Positions 17,301 through 26,469 of a DNA stretch of 42,883 bases are shown here, piece by piece. The position numbers and the translations under genes were made by a program. Under the pieces are notes generated by a model, which worked only from the letters and a program-made list of their open reading frames with translations, searched no databases and had not been told where the DNA came from. This DNA comes from a virus (Duplodnaviria > Caudoviricetes), in the IMG/VR virus record IMGVR_UViG_3300020044_003030, positions 1 to 42,883 of that record, one strand, 5' to 3'. Each line of letters opens with the position of its first letter. Within the stretch, counting starts at the first letter, position 1.

Positions 17301-17395
17301 ACGGCCCGTCACTCAGGGTGAATGTGATGCACATCAGCATTCCGAAAGACCGCTACGATGGCATGGAAGATAGCCTTCCCTTGGGAGAAGCTTGA
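14357..17395 (+). CDS. Primase-helicase (RepB-like primase + Cys cluster + DUF927 + P-loop)
   Basis: FIDMD, SGGGLHCYW, RVLRIP; YPC..C..CPH; Walker A GSTGSGTGKS; Walker B LLIDE. Confidence 0.88.
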   Translation: MKPLEFLADVLPSPGHGWYCAAELSSSKKEHVFVDGVDAVKPTIKRWLDRKRDIYFALATFKDNVGGRKATNAAYIKAIFIDMDGYASKKAAALALSEFLEKTGLDEFGTPHIVGSGGGLHCYWVLTAPVDIATWKPIAENFKRLCKQEGLNIDQTVTADAARVLRIPSTFNFKKKYPEPRPVQFLAQGSGPIDLKRFGATIRGLLTAAFAPASNAFVATSVDFPGTRSSKAQTARSAAAEAMMNNSVTRFEPIWIKSEKSMGCGQLEFYIKNAEQDGMEPLWRGLLSWAKVCDDGLEHSTKLTALHPYTIDRMHQKLSEIKGPYPCIKMDSENPGVCPKCPHWGQITNALALGREVRTDNREKEIEIPLQAGDDTTVDMDAEYLQDDLTEESDESSTPQNVRTRKATRPTPPRNFSYGEHGGVFVDIKEKDATGVEIKTQVSVLPYDLFVVDMLRMDEKEHYAHLMAIKKIGQTGESKLTEYTPVIMPSKAAVSKEELIKCLASHNIYAARGAVMDGHLYNYVRACIEESALLRKAVDVPIQFGWQKDRSFVYNNRVFRRDGTEIPVPMPGLENINRGTNSKGTIEGWRKPWQLLIEKKMDTMLALCLDSFGSPLMQFSDYEGFVWHIGSTGSGTGKSLTLSLKAGVWGHPIRYRTGKGTSPVAMQQRAGLLNSMPLLIDEITTKTRNDTEWAPAFIFDISEGQGKERMESGTNKERINNSTWALTCTLTSNTHMTDILTGARKHSSHGEMMRMLEWTPSKELEFSERERLTLKELRRNYGVAGEAWVRWLVQNQEIARAVWLRTHEELRVLLGFTDEERYWHAACTSTVAAGILIGSSYANLLDVPIKSVIKALKALVVDARIAHVKSARNAEDVLNTFTREYYGRFVVVRKDAHNKLLAEMGRDVTGKTSTRNTVMARIEHGTRHAGFVEYYVEEQILKQHCASMSFGFSDFRRQLEAMSEEGYNVRFGVKKDMLAYTDGPSLRVNVMHISIPKDRYDGMEDSLPLGEA

Positions 17396-17546
17396 ACCGG
17401 GGCAGGGGTTTTTTGTCCCCTGCCTTGATACGACCCGCGTGCTTGAGGCGGGGCTACGTGACGCTCTCTCCTGTCGCATAAACGCTACGGCCACTCCGGG
17501 TATTCGGAGTGGCCTGATTGGGGTTTGGTTCAGTCGACTTTCTTAG
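17358..17546 (+). CDS. Small conserved phage protein
   Basis: FPWEKLEPGQGFFVPC motif; last gene of the + arm, overlaps the convergent gene by 17 bp. Confidence 0.6.
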   Translation: MAWKIAFPWEKLEPGQGFFVPCLDTTRVLEAGLRDALSCRINATATPGIRSGLIGVWFSRLS

Positions 17547-20500
17547 CTGAGTCTGTTGCTTGGCGCACCGTCTCCGCAAGGCGGATCTTCATCTGCCGCG
17601 TGTCATCCAGCTTGGCGCGTTTCTCTTCGCCGCTTAGGTTAGATGCCCGGATGGCGTTCTCAAACTTGGTGATCTGCTGCATGTTCGAGATGAAGTAATC
17701 CGCTACGCCGGCCTGTGCAAACTCTTCGCTACGCTTGCTAATCAGTTCCTTGGCTTCCGCAACCCGCCCTTCAGCCAGCATACGGTCAACAGTGGTCTTG
17801 ACTTTCTTAACATCGTCCATGCGCTCGTACACAGCGTTGATGATGCCGCCGGCATCGTTGGGCTGGAACGAACCGCCAATCACCGGCATGTCCGATAAAC
17901 GCTTCACAGTCTTCTCTGGGGACTCCCCGGCAGGCACGCCCATACTGAGCGCCTGCATGAGTGCCAGACCCATCGTGCCGGTGTAGCCGCTTACCAGCGC
18001 CTCGATCTTGATCGGGGACAGCCCGAGCCCTGAGCCCATCATCTTGGCAATCTCGCTGGTGCCCTCGCGGAACTGCTGTTCAGGAAGCACTGCTTGCTCA
18101 CGCCTAGAAAGAATATCCCGCCCGGTGTAAAACGACTTGCCAAGTGCAGCTTCAATCCCGGGCTTGAGCGCTTGTGGGATAGGCGGTGTGATTGGTATGT
18201 TGACGCCTTTGTACTGCACAGTCGCCATACTCGTCCCGCCCGGAAGCGTCTGCAAAATGATAGCGTTGAGCGCCTTGAACGCCTCTTCCGCCCCATGCTC
18301 ATTTGCCATTGAGTTGTACAGCGCTTCAGGCAACGCCTTGAAAAAGTAGCCCACCTCAAATGGAATTGGGAACTTGATGGGCTCATCAATACCGGGAATG
18401 CGTATAAACCAGTTCCCGTACTTCTGCTCTGGCGTGGCGTTCTTGTATGCCTCGTCATCTTGCATCATGGCAGCGTACGCCAAGGACGCACCAAACATAA
18501 GCATCCCGCGAGTGATCAGCTTCTCCTGAATCTTCAACCGCTTGTCGAACGGCAGCTTGCCTGTCAGCGCCTTGTACAGCACGTTCAAACCCTGAATCTG
18601 TGAGTTGAAGAACGGAATCAACGCATTCGCCATGTGGATGCTAGGGGACGCACCGCGCTTGTTGAAGTTCATTGACTCCAACGACATCAGCGTAGCCTCC
18701 ATCTCCGACAGCCCCTGCTTGATGTAGCTGTTGTACTGTGCGCGGCGGGTTGCGGCATCAGCCGCCATATTGAGCGCCTCGGCCTTTGCGATCAGCGATC
18801 CAAGGTTGCCTTTGCCCGACATCATGTCGTTAATGACTTTGGTTATCGCCTCGCTGCTGCTACCGCCAGCAAAGATCTGCCCGCCTGTGATACCGCGCTT
18901 CTCCAGCGTAGCCTTGGTAGTGGATTTGCCAAGCTGCCCCAACGCCCCAAGGACCGGGGCAAAGTCCGCGCCAGACAAGAGTGGCGCGGCAAAGGAATCT
19001 CGGAACAACTGGCGTGCAGCATATGTGGGGCTGAGCGTTACGGCCCGTCGAATCAAGGTGGCCGGCATCCCCAGCGCCCGGACAATTACAGGAAGCTGTG
19101 TCGGGATGCCCTGCATGCCCTTGACCAAAAGATCCGCAGGAACGCCCGCCGTGTCGGTGTCTACGATGGCGTGGTAGTCGTCACCGTCCATTTTAAATCG
19201 CACTGTTTTTGTATCCGCTGTACCCGGCCCCCGCCGAATCTGCGCCAACCCTATGTCTTGAAGCTCGTTCATAGAGTTCTTGGTTGCCAGATTACGCAGC
19301 CCCATGTCCGTGATCAATGCCGTGTTCTGAACGGAGCTTGTAAGGAAATCAAGGATCGGACGGTCACCGCCAACCAACTCGTGCAGGTATGGCTGCTCAG
19401 CAATACTGCCAATCCGAATAGGCGTCTCACTGCCGATGGTGAGCAAAGCTACGCCGTTCTGTTCCCGGTAGAAGGGAATGTAATCATTCTCCTTAGTCAA
19501 CCGTGCCGCGTGCTCTTTTGAAATGGCCCCCGACTGCGCGAGGAAGCCGACCATGTTGCGGTTGTACTCGTTGTACACATCGCGGGCCTGCTTGAAGTTC
19601 TCCTCCAGCCCGGGTGTAGCGCGGATGCTTGCCATAGCGCTGTTAAGCTGAGCCTCGGTCAGTTCGTTGCCAAAGTGCAACGTCTGGAACCCCTTGTTCT
19701 TGGCCCGGATGCCGGCCAGATACATCGTGAACAAGCGGTTGGCTGCGTCTGGACTGCCGGCGGGGGCCTTCTTTAAGATGTCCACAACCTGCTGGATGTT
19801 GGCCCCGTCGACGCTCTCTACAACGTACTCAGTACGCCCGTCTTTGCGCTGTTTGGCAACCCGCTGAATGGCCCCATTGGCAACCGACTGCGCGGTGTAG
19901 TTCATCCGCTGGTCGTACATACGCAGGTAGTACATCATCTGCGAACCTTTGAGCGCTTCCATTCCTTTAGATAGGCGCTCCAGCGGTGCAAAGCGATCTA
20001 CAATCATCGTCTCAAGACCAAGGAAACCGCCCGATGCTGCGCGTATCCTGTCGATGGCACCGCGCTCCTTGGCAACAAACTTGTCAGTGATGGCTCCGGC
20101 TGCAGCAAGCCCCGGGTTGGCGTAGCTAACCAGTTTTGGATAAGCAATCCCTGCGGGGGACATGGTGATGCCGGCCTTTGCCGCCGTGGTCGAGGGCGTA
20201 AACAGTTTGTAGATGTTCCCCACCGATGCGTCAGCCATGTTCTCGGTTTTGAACCCGATGAAGTTCAGAAGCGCCCGGTAGATCTTTTGCAGCAGATTGG
20301 TGCCATGCCACGTACGCGCAGCCAGCTTGTCCCGTAGCACTTTGTTCGACATCACTTCGGATGCAAACTCATGAATGTCTTTCTTGCCGTACTCGTTCTC
20401 AAAGGCTTTGTCGTTCTGGATAGACTTGAATAGCTTCTCCAGTTCTGCCCGAGCCGCACGTTGCTCTTTAGTAAGCTGCGACGGATCCACCGTCAGCAAC

Positions 20501-23500
20501 CGGGTGGTCACCGCGTGAGTTATCTCGTGCAGCAGCGCCTCTTCGGTTAGTGCGTCAGAGTCGATGGTGACGGTGTTGGTCTCAAAGTCGTACACACCCT
20601 CGGCACGCTTGCCTCTGACTGTTACGTTGTCTTCAACGCGCAGCTTGGTCCGCATCACCAGAGGGCGCAGGTTCTTGACCAGCTCCTTGACGAACGGTGA
20701 GTTTGAGTTGGCCCCCACGGCATCCAACGCATCGAGCACACGCCCATCCTGCACAGCCTCCAGTGCCGTGCCAGTCAAGTCAACGGTGTCGCGCAGTTCA
20801 TAGTCAGGGCTGTTTTCTCGGGCACGGCCTTCAAATTCCCCTTCCAGCGTACCTTCGGTCTGTTGACTAACCGTACCTGTTTTTGGGGCAAGCCGCGCCG
20901 CATCCGCTTTGGCTCCTGCCAACTCAGTTGCAACACTCTTCTGTTCGTCAGCCAAACGCTCTTGAACTCCCGCCTTCTTTTTCTCCAGTTTGGAGTATGC
21001 AGCGACACGTTCTTTGATATTTGCCAGCTTGGTGTTTAGCTCTTCGACTTTCTTCTGGGCCGTATCAAAAAGCTGCCGCTCTTGCCGCATGGCCTGCATT
21101 GACGTTTCGGGTTTAGGCCCCATCGTTGCATTGGGTGCGGCTTCATTGGCCTCCTTCATCTCCGCAGATTTGATTGGTACATCGCGCTGCTTTTGCCCGC
21201 GCTTAACGGAAATGCCTTCCGGGGTTGTCCGAGTCTGGGCCGATGTTTCTTCAGTACCCAGTTTAAACTCACGTGGCGGGTACACATCCGGGCGTGACAC
21301 GGGGCCGGTCTCACGCCGCTTTTCTTGTTTGGCGTAGTACTCTTCAAATTCGTCCGTGACGGGGGCTCCGCGTGTCTGGCGCAGCGTCCTTTCAGCTTCT
21401 GCTTGCTTCTCTGCTTTGGTAGGCAGTAGAGTGCGTTTTACCTGTTCTTTTGTCAGTCCGCTGCGGGCTGCAATCTTGTCTGAACGAACCGCTAACTCTG
21501 CGTTTAATCGGGCAAGTGTCCCGGCTAGTTTTGCCCGTTTGGGCGCTTCCAGTTCTGCGCGTGTGATCTTTCCGCCGCGTAAACGCGTCAGTTCTTTCTG
21601 GTTCAGAAGCTCGTTGGCAAGAATGTTCTCAACCTCTGCAATCTTTCCACGCGTTTCTGCATACAGTTCAACATCTTTGCCAAGCGTCTTCTCTTTATTG
21701 GCAATCGTCCGTTGTACTTTGGCGTTGTATTTTTCAAGCTTTGTTTTGGCAGCAGCACGTACGTTGTATGGCTGACTGAAATCATTGGAAAGCGCTTCTA
21801 GTTTCATACGCGCATCTGGCGCATAGTCCGCTTCTTTGGCAATCGCATCCATGATCCGCTGCCGCGGTTCAAAAGATATGGCTGTGCGGGAGATTGGCTC
21901 CCCAGTCGGCGTAGTCGGCTCTTCGCGCTGCTCAAGGGTGAACTGCGCTATCTTTTTGGGAATAGCCGCCAATTCCAGTTTGGCGTCTACACGCGTTTTA
22001 TACGGTTGGCTCGTATCGTTAGCAATGGCTTCGAGTTGTACGCGCCGCTCTTCAAAATCTTTAAGCGTTGGCGGCGGTGCAACTGGGGCCGAGGCTTCGG
22101 CAACTGGGGCCGGGGTTTCTTCGACGGGCGCTTCTGCAACGGCCTTCTTGGCACGTGGCTTTTTAGCCGGCACAGCTTCGGTCTCGGTAATTTCCGGGGA
22201 AACTGCGGGAACTGCGGGAACTGCGGGAACTGCGGGAACTGCGGGAACCTCTGGTGCTGCAGCCGTCTTTGCCTGCAATGCAGCCAACTCATCCACTGGC
22301 GCAGATACCGTGCCTTCAGCGGCTTGTGCTTTGGTCAAGGGCGCAGCCGTTGCCTCGGGCATTGGCGTAGTGGTAACCACAGGCTCAGCAACCACAGGCT
22401 CAGCAACCACAGGCTCAGCAGCCACAGGCTCAGCAGCCACAGGCTCAGCCGCAACGGCAGCCGCAACGGCAGGCGCAACGGCAGGCGCAACGGCAGGCGC
22501 AACGGCAGGCGCAACGGCAGGCGCAACGGCAGCGGGGGGACGGAAGTCAACCTCGGGGTGTAGCTGGCGTACACGGCGAATCTCGTCCACCAGCGGCTGC
22601 ATGACCTCCTTGGCGTACGTGTCCCGGGCTTTGCGCGCATCCTTGGCGTCTGCTACAGACAGCGGGTCTTTCTCAGCGCTCAGCGCCTTGACGGCTTGAT
22701 TGAGCCGTTGCATCTCGACGTTGGCCGCAACGTAGTCCGCCCGCAGCTTTGCTGCATATGCAGGATCCGCATCCGCAGTCATCTTTTGCTGCGCTGCAGC
22801 ATCGGCTTGCTGCTGTTGAACCGTTGCGGCTTTGGCAGCCTCTTCCTGTTGCCGCGCAGCAACATCCATCCGGGCACCGCCACGTTCCGACAGCCGGCCA
22901 ATGGCACCGAGTGGTGCCAGCAGCCCTACCTGATATGCAGTCTCACCGTATTCTTTAAGCGCGTCGGGGCTCGAGAGCGACAGGCCCGCCTGTGCCCGCT
23001 CCAGCATCTGCTGTGCAACTTCTGTGGGAATCTCGGCCAGAGCGCCAACACCTACACCTTTGGCAAGCACCGTCAGCAACCGTTCGTCAGCCAGCTTAGC
23101 TGCACTTTCAGCACTGCGCCCCAGCAACGCCCCCATAGGGATGCCGGTCAGTTTCTGCACCAGCCTGCCACCAAACGGGATCAGGCTCGAGGCTACGTCC
23201 AATCCTGCCTGCGGAATAGCTGCGGCTGCAGCCCGACCTGCATTTACGGGAACGCCTTCTTGCGCTTGTCGCTCAATGTTGCCACCAAACTGCTGTACCA
23301 GAGAAGGTAACAACGCACCGCCGATGCCACCGATGGTGGCCCCAACAGGACCGCCGAACGGAGCACCCACCATCGCCCCGAGTCGCGCACTACCTGCCAT
23401 TGCGGCTAGGTTAGGGGCTTGTTCTGCAAGTGCCGCTGGGATCTGGCTTAGCGCCTCGCCTGCCGCTGATAGCACGCCGTCTTTGTTGTATGCGTCTTTG

Positions 23501-23790
23501 ACTTTCTGCAGGCTGACTTGGTCAGCATACTTCTTGTTTAGCGCTTCGCCGCGCTCGAGTCCTGCGCGTGCTGCCTCTTCGGCATCCCCGGTAGCGGCCC
23601 CAAGGGCTGTACGCCCGCTGGAGATAATGGACTCAACGCCCTTGCCTATAGCAGCGCCAATCCCAGTTTTTGGTTTGGGGCCTAGCTCGGGATGCTGCGC
23701 AATGATGCGTGCTTTTGCCGTACTCGGGTCAATCTCATCCGGTATGTTCTCGACAAGCGTACCGTCAGGAAGTTGGATTGAGTAGGGCAT
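17530..23790 (-). CDS. Large internal virion/ejection polyvalent protein (zincin-like domain; LPD38-like C-terminus)
   Basis: 2086 aa; EGVYD..LLHEITHA..EFASE; C-terminal IPFFNSQIQG and IPFEVG..FKALPE. Confidence 0.75.
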   Translation of the reverse strand: MPYSIQLPDGTLVENIPDEIDPSTAKARIIAQHPELGPKPKTGIGAAIGKGVESIISSGRTALGAATGDAEEAARAGLERGEALNKKYADQVSLQKVKDAYNKDGVLSAAGEALSQIPAALAEQAPNLAAMAGSARLGAMVGAPFGGPVGATIGGIGGALLPSLVQQFGGNIERQAQEGVPVNAGRAAAAAIPQAGLDVASSLIPFGGRLVQKLTGIPMGALLGRSAESAAKLADERLLTVLAKGVGVGALAEIPTEVAQQMLERAQAGLSLSSPDALKEYGETAYQVGLLAPLGAIGRLSERGGARMDVAARQQEEAAKAATVQQQQADAAAQQKMTADADPAYAAKLRADYVAANVEMQRLNQAVKALSAEKDPLSVADAKDARKARDTYAKEVMQPLVDEIRRVRQLHPEVDFRPPAAVAPAVAPAVAPAVAPAVAPAVAAAVAAEPVAAEPVAAEPVVAEPVVAEPVVTTTPMPEATAAPLTKAQAAEGTVSAPVDELAALQAKTAAAPEVPAVPAVPAVPAVPAVSPEITETEAVPAKKPRAKKAVAEAPVEETPAPVAEASAPVAPPPTLKDFEERRVQLEAIANDTSQPYKTRVDAKLELAAIPKKIAQFTLEQREEPTTPTGEPISRTAISFEPRQRIMDAIAKEADYAPDARMKLEALSNDFSQPYNVRAAAKTKLEKYNAKVQRTIANKEKTLGKDVELYAETRGKIAEVENILANELLNQKELTRLRGGKITRAELEAPKRAKLAGTLARLNAELAVRSDKIAARSGLTKEQVKRTLLPTKAEKQAEAERTLRQTRGAPVTDEFEEYYAKQEKRRETGPVSRPDVYPPREFKLGTEETSAQTRTTPEGISVKRGQKQRDVPIKSAEMKEANEAAPNATMGPKPETSMQAMRQERQLFDTAQKKVEELNTKLANIKERVAAYSKLEKKKAGVQERLADEQKSVATELAGAKADAARLAPKTGTVSQQTEGTLEGEFEGRARENSPDYELRDTVDLTGTALEAVQDGRVLDALDAVGANSNSPFVKELVKNLRPLVMRTKLRVEDNVTVRGKRAEGVYDFETNTVTIDSDALTEEALLHEITHAVTTRLLTVDPSQLTKEQRAARAELEKLFKSIQNDKAFENEYGKKDIHEFASEVMSNKVLRDKLAARTWHGTNLLQKIYRALLNFIGFKTENMADASVGNIYKLFTPSTTAAKAGITMSPAGIAYPKLVSYANPGLAAAGAITDKFVAKERGAIDRIRAASGGFLGLETMIVDRFAPLERLSKGMEALKGSQMMYYLRMYDQRMNYTAQSVANGAIQRVAKQRKDGRTEYVVESVDGANIQQVVDILKKAPAGSPDAANRLFTMYLAGIRAKNKGFQTLHFGNELTEAQLNSAMASIRATPGLEENFKQARDVYNEYNRNMVGFLAQSGAISKEHAARLTKENDYIPFYREQNGVALLTIGSETPIRIGSIAEQPYLHELVGGDRPILDFLTSSVQNTALITDMGLRNLATKNSMNELQDIGLAQIRRGPGTADTKTVRFKMDGDDYHAIVDTDTAGVPADLLVKGMQGIPTQLPVIVRALGMPATLIRRAVTLSPTYAARQLFRDSFAAPLLSGADFAPVLGALGQLGKSTTKATLEKRGITGGQIFAGGSSSEAITKVINDMMSGKGNLGSLIAKAEALNMAADAATRRAQYNSYIKQGLSEMEATLMSLESMNFNKRGASPSIHMANALIPFFNSQIQGLNVLYKALTGKLPFDKRLKIQEKLITRGMLMFGASLAYAAMMQDDEAYKNATPEQKYGNWFIRIPGIDEPIKFPIPFEVGYFFKALPEALYNSMANEHGAEEAFKALNAIILQTLPGGTSMATVQYKGVNIPITPPIPQALKPGIEAALGKSFYTGRDILSRREQAVLPEQQFREGTSEIAKMMGSGLGLSPIKIEALVSGYTGTMGLALMQALSMGVPAGESPEKTVKRLSDMPVIGGSFQPNDAGGIINAVYERMDDVKKVKTTVDRMLAEGRVAEAKELISKRSEEFAQAGVADYFISNMQQITKFENAIRASNLSGEEKRAKLDDTRQMKIRLAETVRQATDSAKKVD
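22201..22248. repeat. In-frame 9-bp tandem repeat (AACTGCGGG x5; VPA repeats)
   Basis: Direct reading. Confidence 0.95.
22375..22532. repeat. In-frame tandem repeats: 15-bp x5 (AEPVV/A) then 12-bp x7 (AVAP)
   Basis: A(A/G)CCACAGGCTCAGC x5 at 22375-22449; GCAACGGCAG(G/C)C x7 at 22451-22532. Confidence 0.95.
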
Positions 23791-23796
23791 ATGCGA

Positions 23797-26460
23797 CTAT
23801 TTAATGGAATTGAAGTCAATCACCCTTCCCGCAGAAGGTGCTCCTCCTATTGTATCCGCAAGCTCTTGGTACTCAGCAAGCAAGTCTGCTCTAGCCTGCC
23901 GTTTTGCTGCAGCCATTTTGACGGGATCCTGTTTTAACATTGCGTCCTTGTTAAGGTCCGCATACGCCGCCGCCAGTGCTTTACGGAATTGCGCCAGTGG
24001 CTTGTCTTCTTCAGCTTTACGGGCTGCTTCTGAGTCAAGATAGTTGCCGTGTTTCTCGTAGTACTTAGACATCGCTCCCGACTGTGCAATCTCAGCGTCT
24101 GTTTTCCGCCGGTCATACTCCACTTTCTCCCTAGCTTGTTTGGCCGTCAGTGCAGCCACACCCGCTTCACCCACATTCTGTAAAGCGTATTGCGACTTAC
24201 CTGCCATCAACTGCAAGCCAAACATCAACAGGTCTTCGTAGCCAAGCCCGCTACGCTCTGCTTTAGGTATTTCGGCTTTAGCCTCTGCCACAGCTTCTTT
24301 CTTGACCTCGGGGGTAAGTGCTGCAGGTGCTGGAAATGTTGGAAAGCCCCTTGTGTCATCTCCAGATGTTCTATCAAAAGGTGTAGCATTTTCTGAGCTA
24401 CTAGCCCCAGAACCAGTACCCGCGCCAGCCGCAGCAATTGCAGGTAAAAGTGCAGCACGCCCTCTGCCGGCTTCTCCAATTGCTGCGCGTGCAGCGGCCA
24501 TTCTAGACACGGCGGGTACTTCCGCTGCAACTGCCGCGCCTGCTGCTTCTGGCAACGCGGCTAAACCTGTGCGAGGTGCGCCTGCGCCTGCGCCTGCGCC
24601 TGCGCCTTCTTCTGCTGCTACGGCTGCGGGTCTGCCTGCTGGTTTAGGTGCTCCTGCCGCTTCTGCTTCTGCTGCTACTACGGCTGCGGGTTTGTTTGCC
24701 GGTTTAGGTGCTCCTGCTCCTGCTGCCGCTTCTGCTTCTGCTGCTACGGCTGCGGCTCTTTCTGCGGCCCTAGCTTTTGCTCTAGCCTCGGCAGCAGTTC
24801 TGAGTGCGGCTGCGTCAGGGGCCAATGCGGCTATGCCGGTTGCGGCTGGTTTTGGCGGACCGACCAACGGCGGTAATTGCGGACCTTTTGCTGCTGCCGC
24901 TTCTTGTGCGGCTTGTGCTGCTGCTTGTTGTCTTAGTTGTGCGGCTTGATTTACTCTTGCTAACCCTTGTGGAACGGGTTGGGCTGTATTCGCTGCTGCC
25001 GCTTCTCGTGCGGCTTGTGCTGCTGCTTGTTGTCTTAGTTGTGCGGCTTGATTTACTCTTGCTAACCCTTGTGGAACGGGTTGGGCTGTATTCGCTGCTG
25101 CTCTTTGCGCGGGGGTGGGGACTGTCCGCACTGGGGCTGCTGCTGCGGGTTCGACTGCGGCAGTTGCAGGTTTAACAAATCTTGCTGTGGGGTAAGGTGT
25201 CCCGGCCCCAATACGGGCTATGTATGGGGGTAACTTTAGCGTGTCAGTAAGAAACTTTTGGGTATTCTCTAAAGCAACTCTACCTGCTTCAGTTCTAGGA
25301 TCGTAAGTTGCTGATCCCATTGATTCATTTGCAGCTTTTTGTGCATCTCCTCCAGTAATACCTGTAAGTAAACCTTTTGCCGCAGAACCAAAATAATCCG
25401 CTAACCCAGTTCCTAAACCCAAAGCTGCTTCTCCCGCACCTATAACTTGTTGGTTTCCAGTAAATTGAGAAAAGGATTTATCACTTGTATCTTTTGATGT
25501 TTTTGCGGGTGCAACACGCTGCTCACCCGGTATTTGTGCAGTTAAGGCGTTTCGAGCAGCATCTGTTTCTGCGGGTGCTGCTGCGGATGGTGGTGTCTCT
25601 GCTTGCGCGGTTCCAACAGGCACTAATGCTGTCAAGTAATTTGCCGTTTCTTTAGGCAATCCAATTTTCCAGTCTTTCTGGTCTTTTTGGTTTTTAACCA
25701 AATGTTTTTCTAAATTTCCCGGCCCCCAGTTGTAAGCAGCGGCGGCTTTTTCGGGGTCTCCACCAAAAGCAGCTAACTGTTTCTTAAAATAAGCTACTGA
25801 AGCGGGGATATTTTTATTAGGGTCAAACCGTTCTTTAGGGGTGAGTCCCATTTCTTTTGCAGCATCTGGCATTAATTGCCCCAACCCTGCTGCCCCTTTG
25901 GGGGAAACCGCATCGGGCTTGCCGCGAGATTCGGTTGAAAACATCCGAACCATTAAGTCCGGGTCTACCCTTTGCCGCAAAGCCTCTGCTCGTATTTTGG
26001 CTTCATAAGGGCCAACATTAGTTTTTCTAGGCTGAACTAGCCCTCTTTCTGCGTACCCAACAATCCCCCCGTCGGCCATACCGGACAGGCTGCGTTCGGG
26101 TAGCGCGCCTATGCCCATATCTTCGGGTAGGCGGGAGTCCATATAGCCGCCGTCTGCAGCCATTCGAGTCTGGCCTTGGGGTGGTGGCATCCTTTGTGGC
26201 ATAGCCTGTGGCATAGCCTGTGGCATGCTCGGGGGCATCCTTGGCTGATTCATAGCTTGAATAGCCTGCTGCACTACCGGCGCTTGCACTGTAGGGTCTG
26301 CTGCCTTGCCCTCAGTAAGTTCTTTGGCAATGTTGTTTACAAACAACGCCATTGATACAGCAATAGGATCATCTGCATGGTCTGCGGCGTATTTCTGCCG
26401 GCCTGCCGGACCCATCCGGGCAAGCATCTTTTGCATGTCACCAATTCGATCATCAAACAT
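23797..26460 (-). CDS. Internal virion protein with soluble lytic transglycosylase (SLT) domain
   Basis: TESRGKPDAVSPKGAAGLGQLMP...AAYNWGPGN...ETANY; long Ala/Pro-rich linkers. Confidence 0.85.
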   Translation of the reverse strand: MFDDRIGDMQKMLARMGPAGRQKYAADHADDPIAVSMALFVNNIAKELTEGKAADPTVQAPVVQQAIQAMNQPRMPPSMPQAMPQAMPQRMPPPQGQTRMAADGGYMDSRLPEDMGIGALPERSLSGMADGGIVGYAERGLVQPRKTNVGPYEAKIRAEALRQRVDPDLMVRMFSTESRGKPDAVSPKGAAGLGQLMPDAAKEMGLTPKERFDPNKNIPASVAYFKKQLAAFGGDPEKAAAAYNWGPGNLEKHLVKNQKDQKDWKIGLPKETANYLTALVPVGTAQAETPPSAAAPAETDAARNALTAQIPGEQRVAPAKTSKDTSDKSFSQFTGNQQVIGAGEAALGLGTGLADYFGSAAKGLLTGITGGDAQKAANESMGSATYDPRTEAGRVALENTQKFLTDTLKLPPYIARIGAGTPYPTARFVKPATAAVEPAAAAPVRTVPTPAQRAAANTAQPVPQGLARVNQAAQLRQQAAAQAAREAAAANTAQPVPQGLARVNQAAQLRQQAAAQAAQEAAAAKGPQLPPLVGPPKPAATGIAALAPDAAALRTAAEARAKARAAERAAAVAAEAEAAAGAGAPKPANKPAAVVAAEAEAAGAPKPAGRPAAVAAEEGAGAGAGAGAPRTGLAALPEAAGAAVAAEVPAVSRMAAARAAIGEAGRGRAALLPAIAAAGAGTGSGASSSENATPFDRTSGDDTRGFPTFPAPAALTPEVKKEAVAEAKAEIPKAERSGLGYEDLLMFGLQLMAGKSQYALQNVGEAGVAALTAKQAREKVEYDRRKTDAEIAQSGAMSKYYEKHGNYLDSEAARKAEEDKPLAQFRKALAAAYADLNKDAMLKQDPVKMAAAKRQARADLLAEYQELADTIGGAPSAGRVIDFNSIK
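24890..25101. repeat. 102-bp tandem duplication (34 aa) in the SLT protein linker
   Basis: ANTAQPVPQGLARVNQAAQLRQQAAAQAA(R/Q)EAAA occurs twice, near-identical at DNA level. Confidence 0.9.
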
Positions 26461-26469
26461 TTTGATTCC

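Noticed and set aside
17401-17424. Hairpin GGCAGGGG-N8-CCCCTGCC near the convergence point as a bidirectional terminator
   Set aside because: It lies inside a plausible ORF and lacks a following U-tract on either strand
21356-25175. Long + strand ORFs with repeated peptides (NCG, NGRR, ATAG)
   Set aside because: Antisense shadows of in-frame tandem repeats in the real - strand genes
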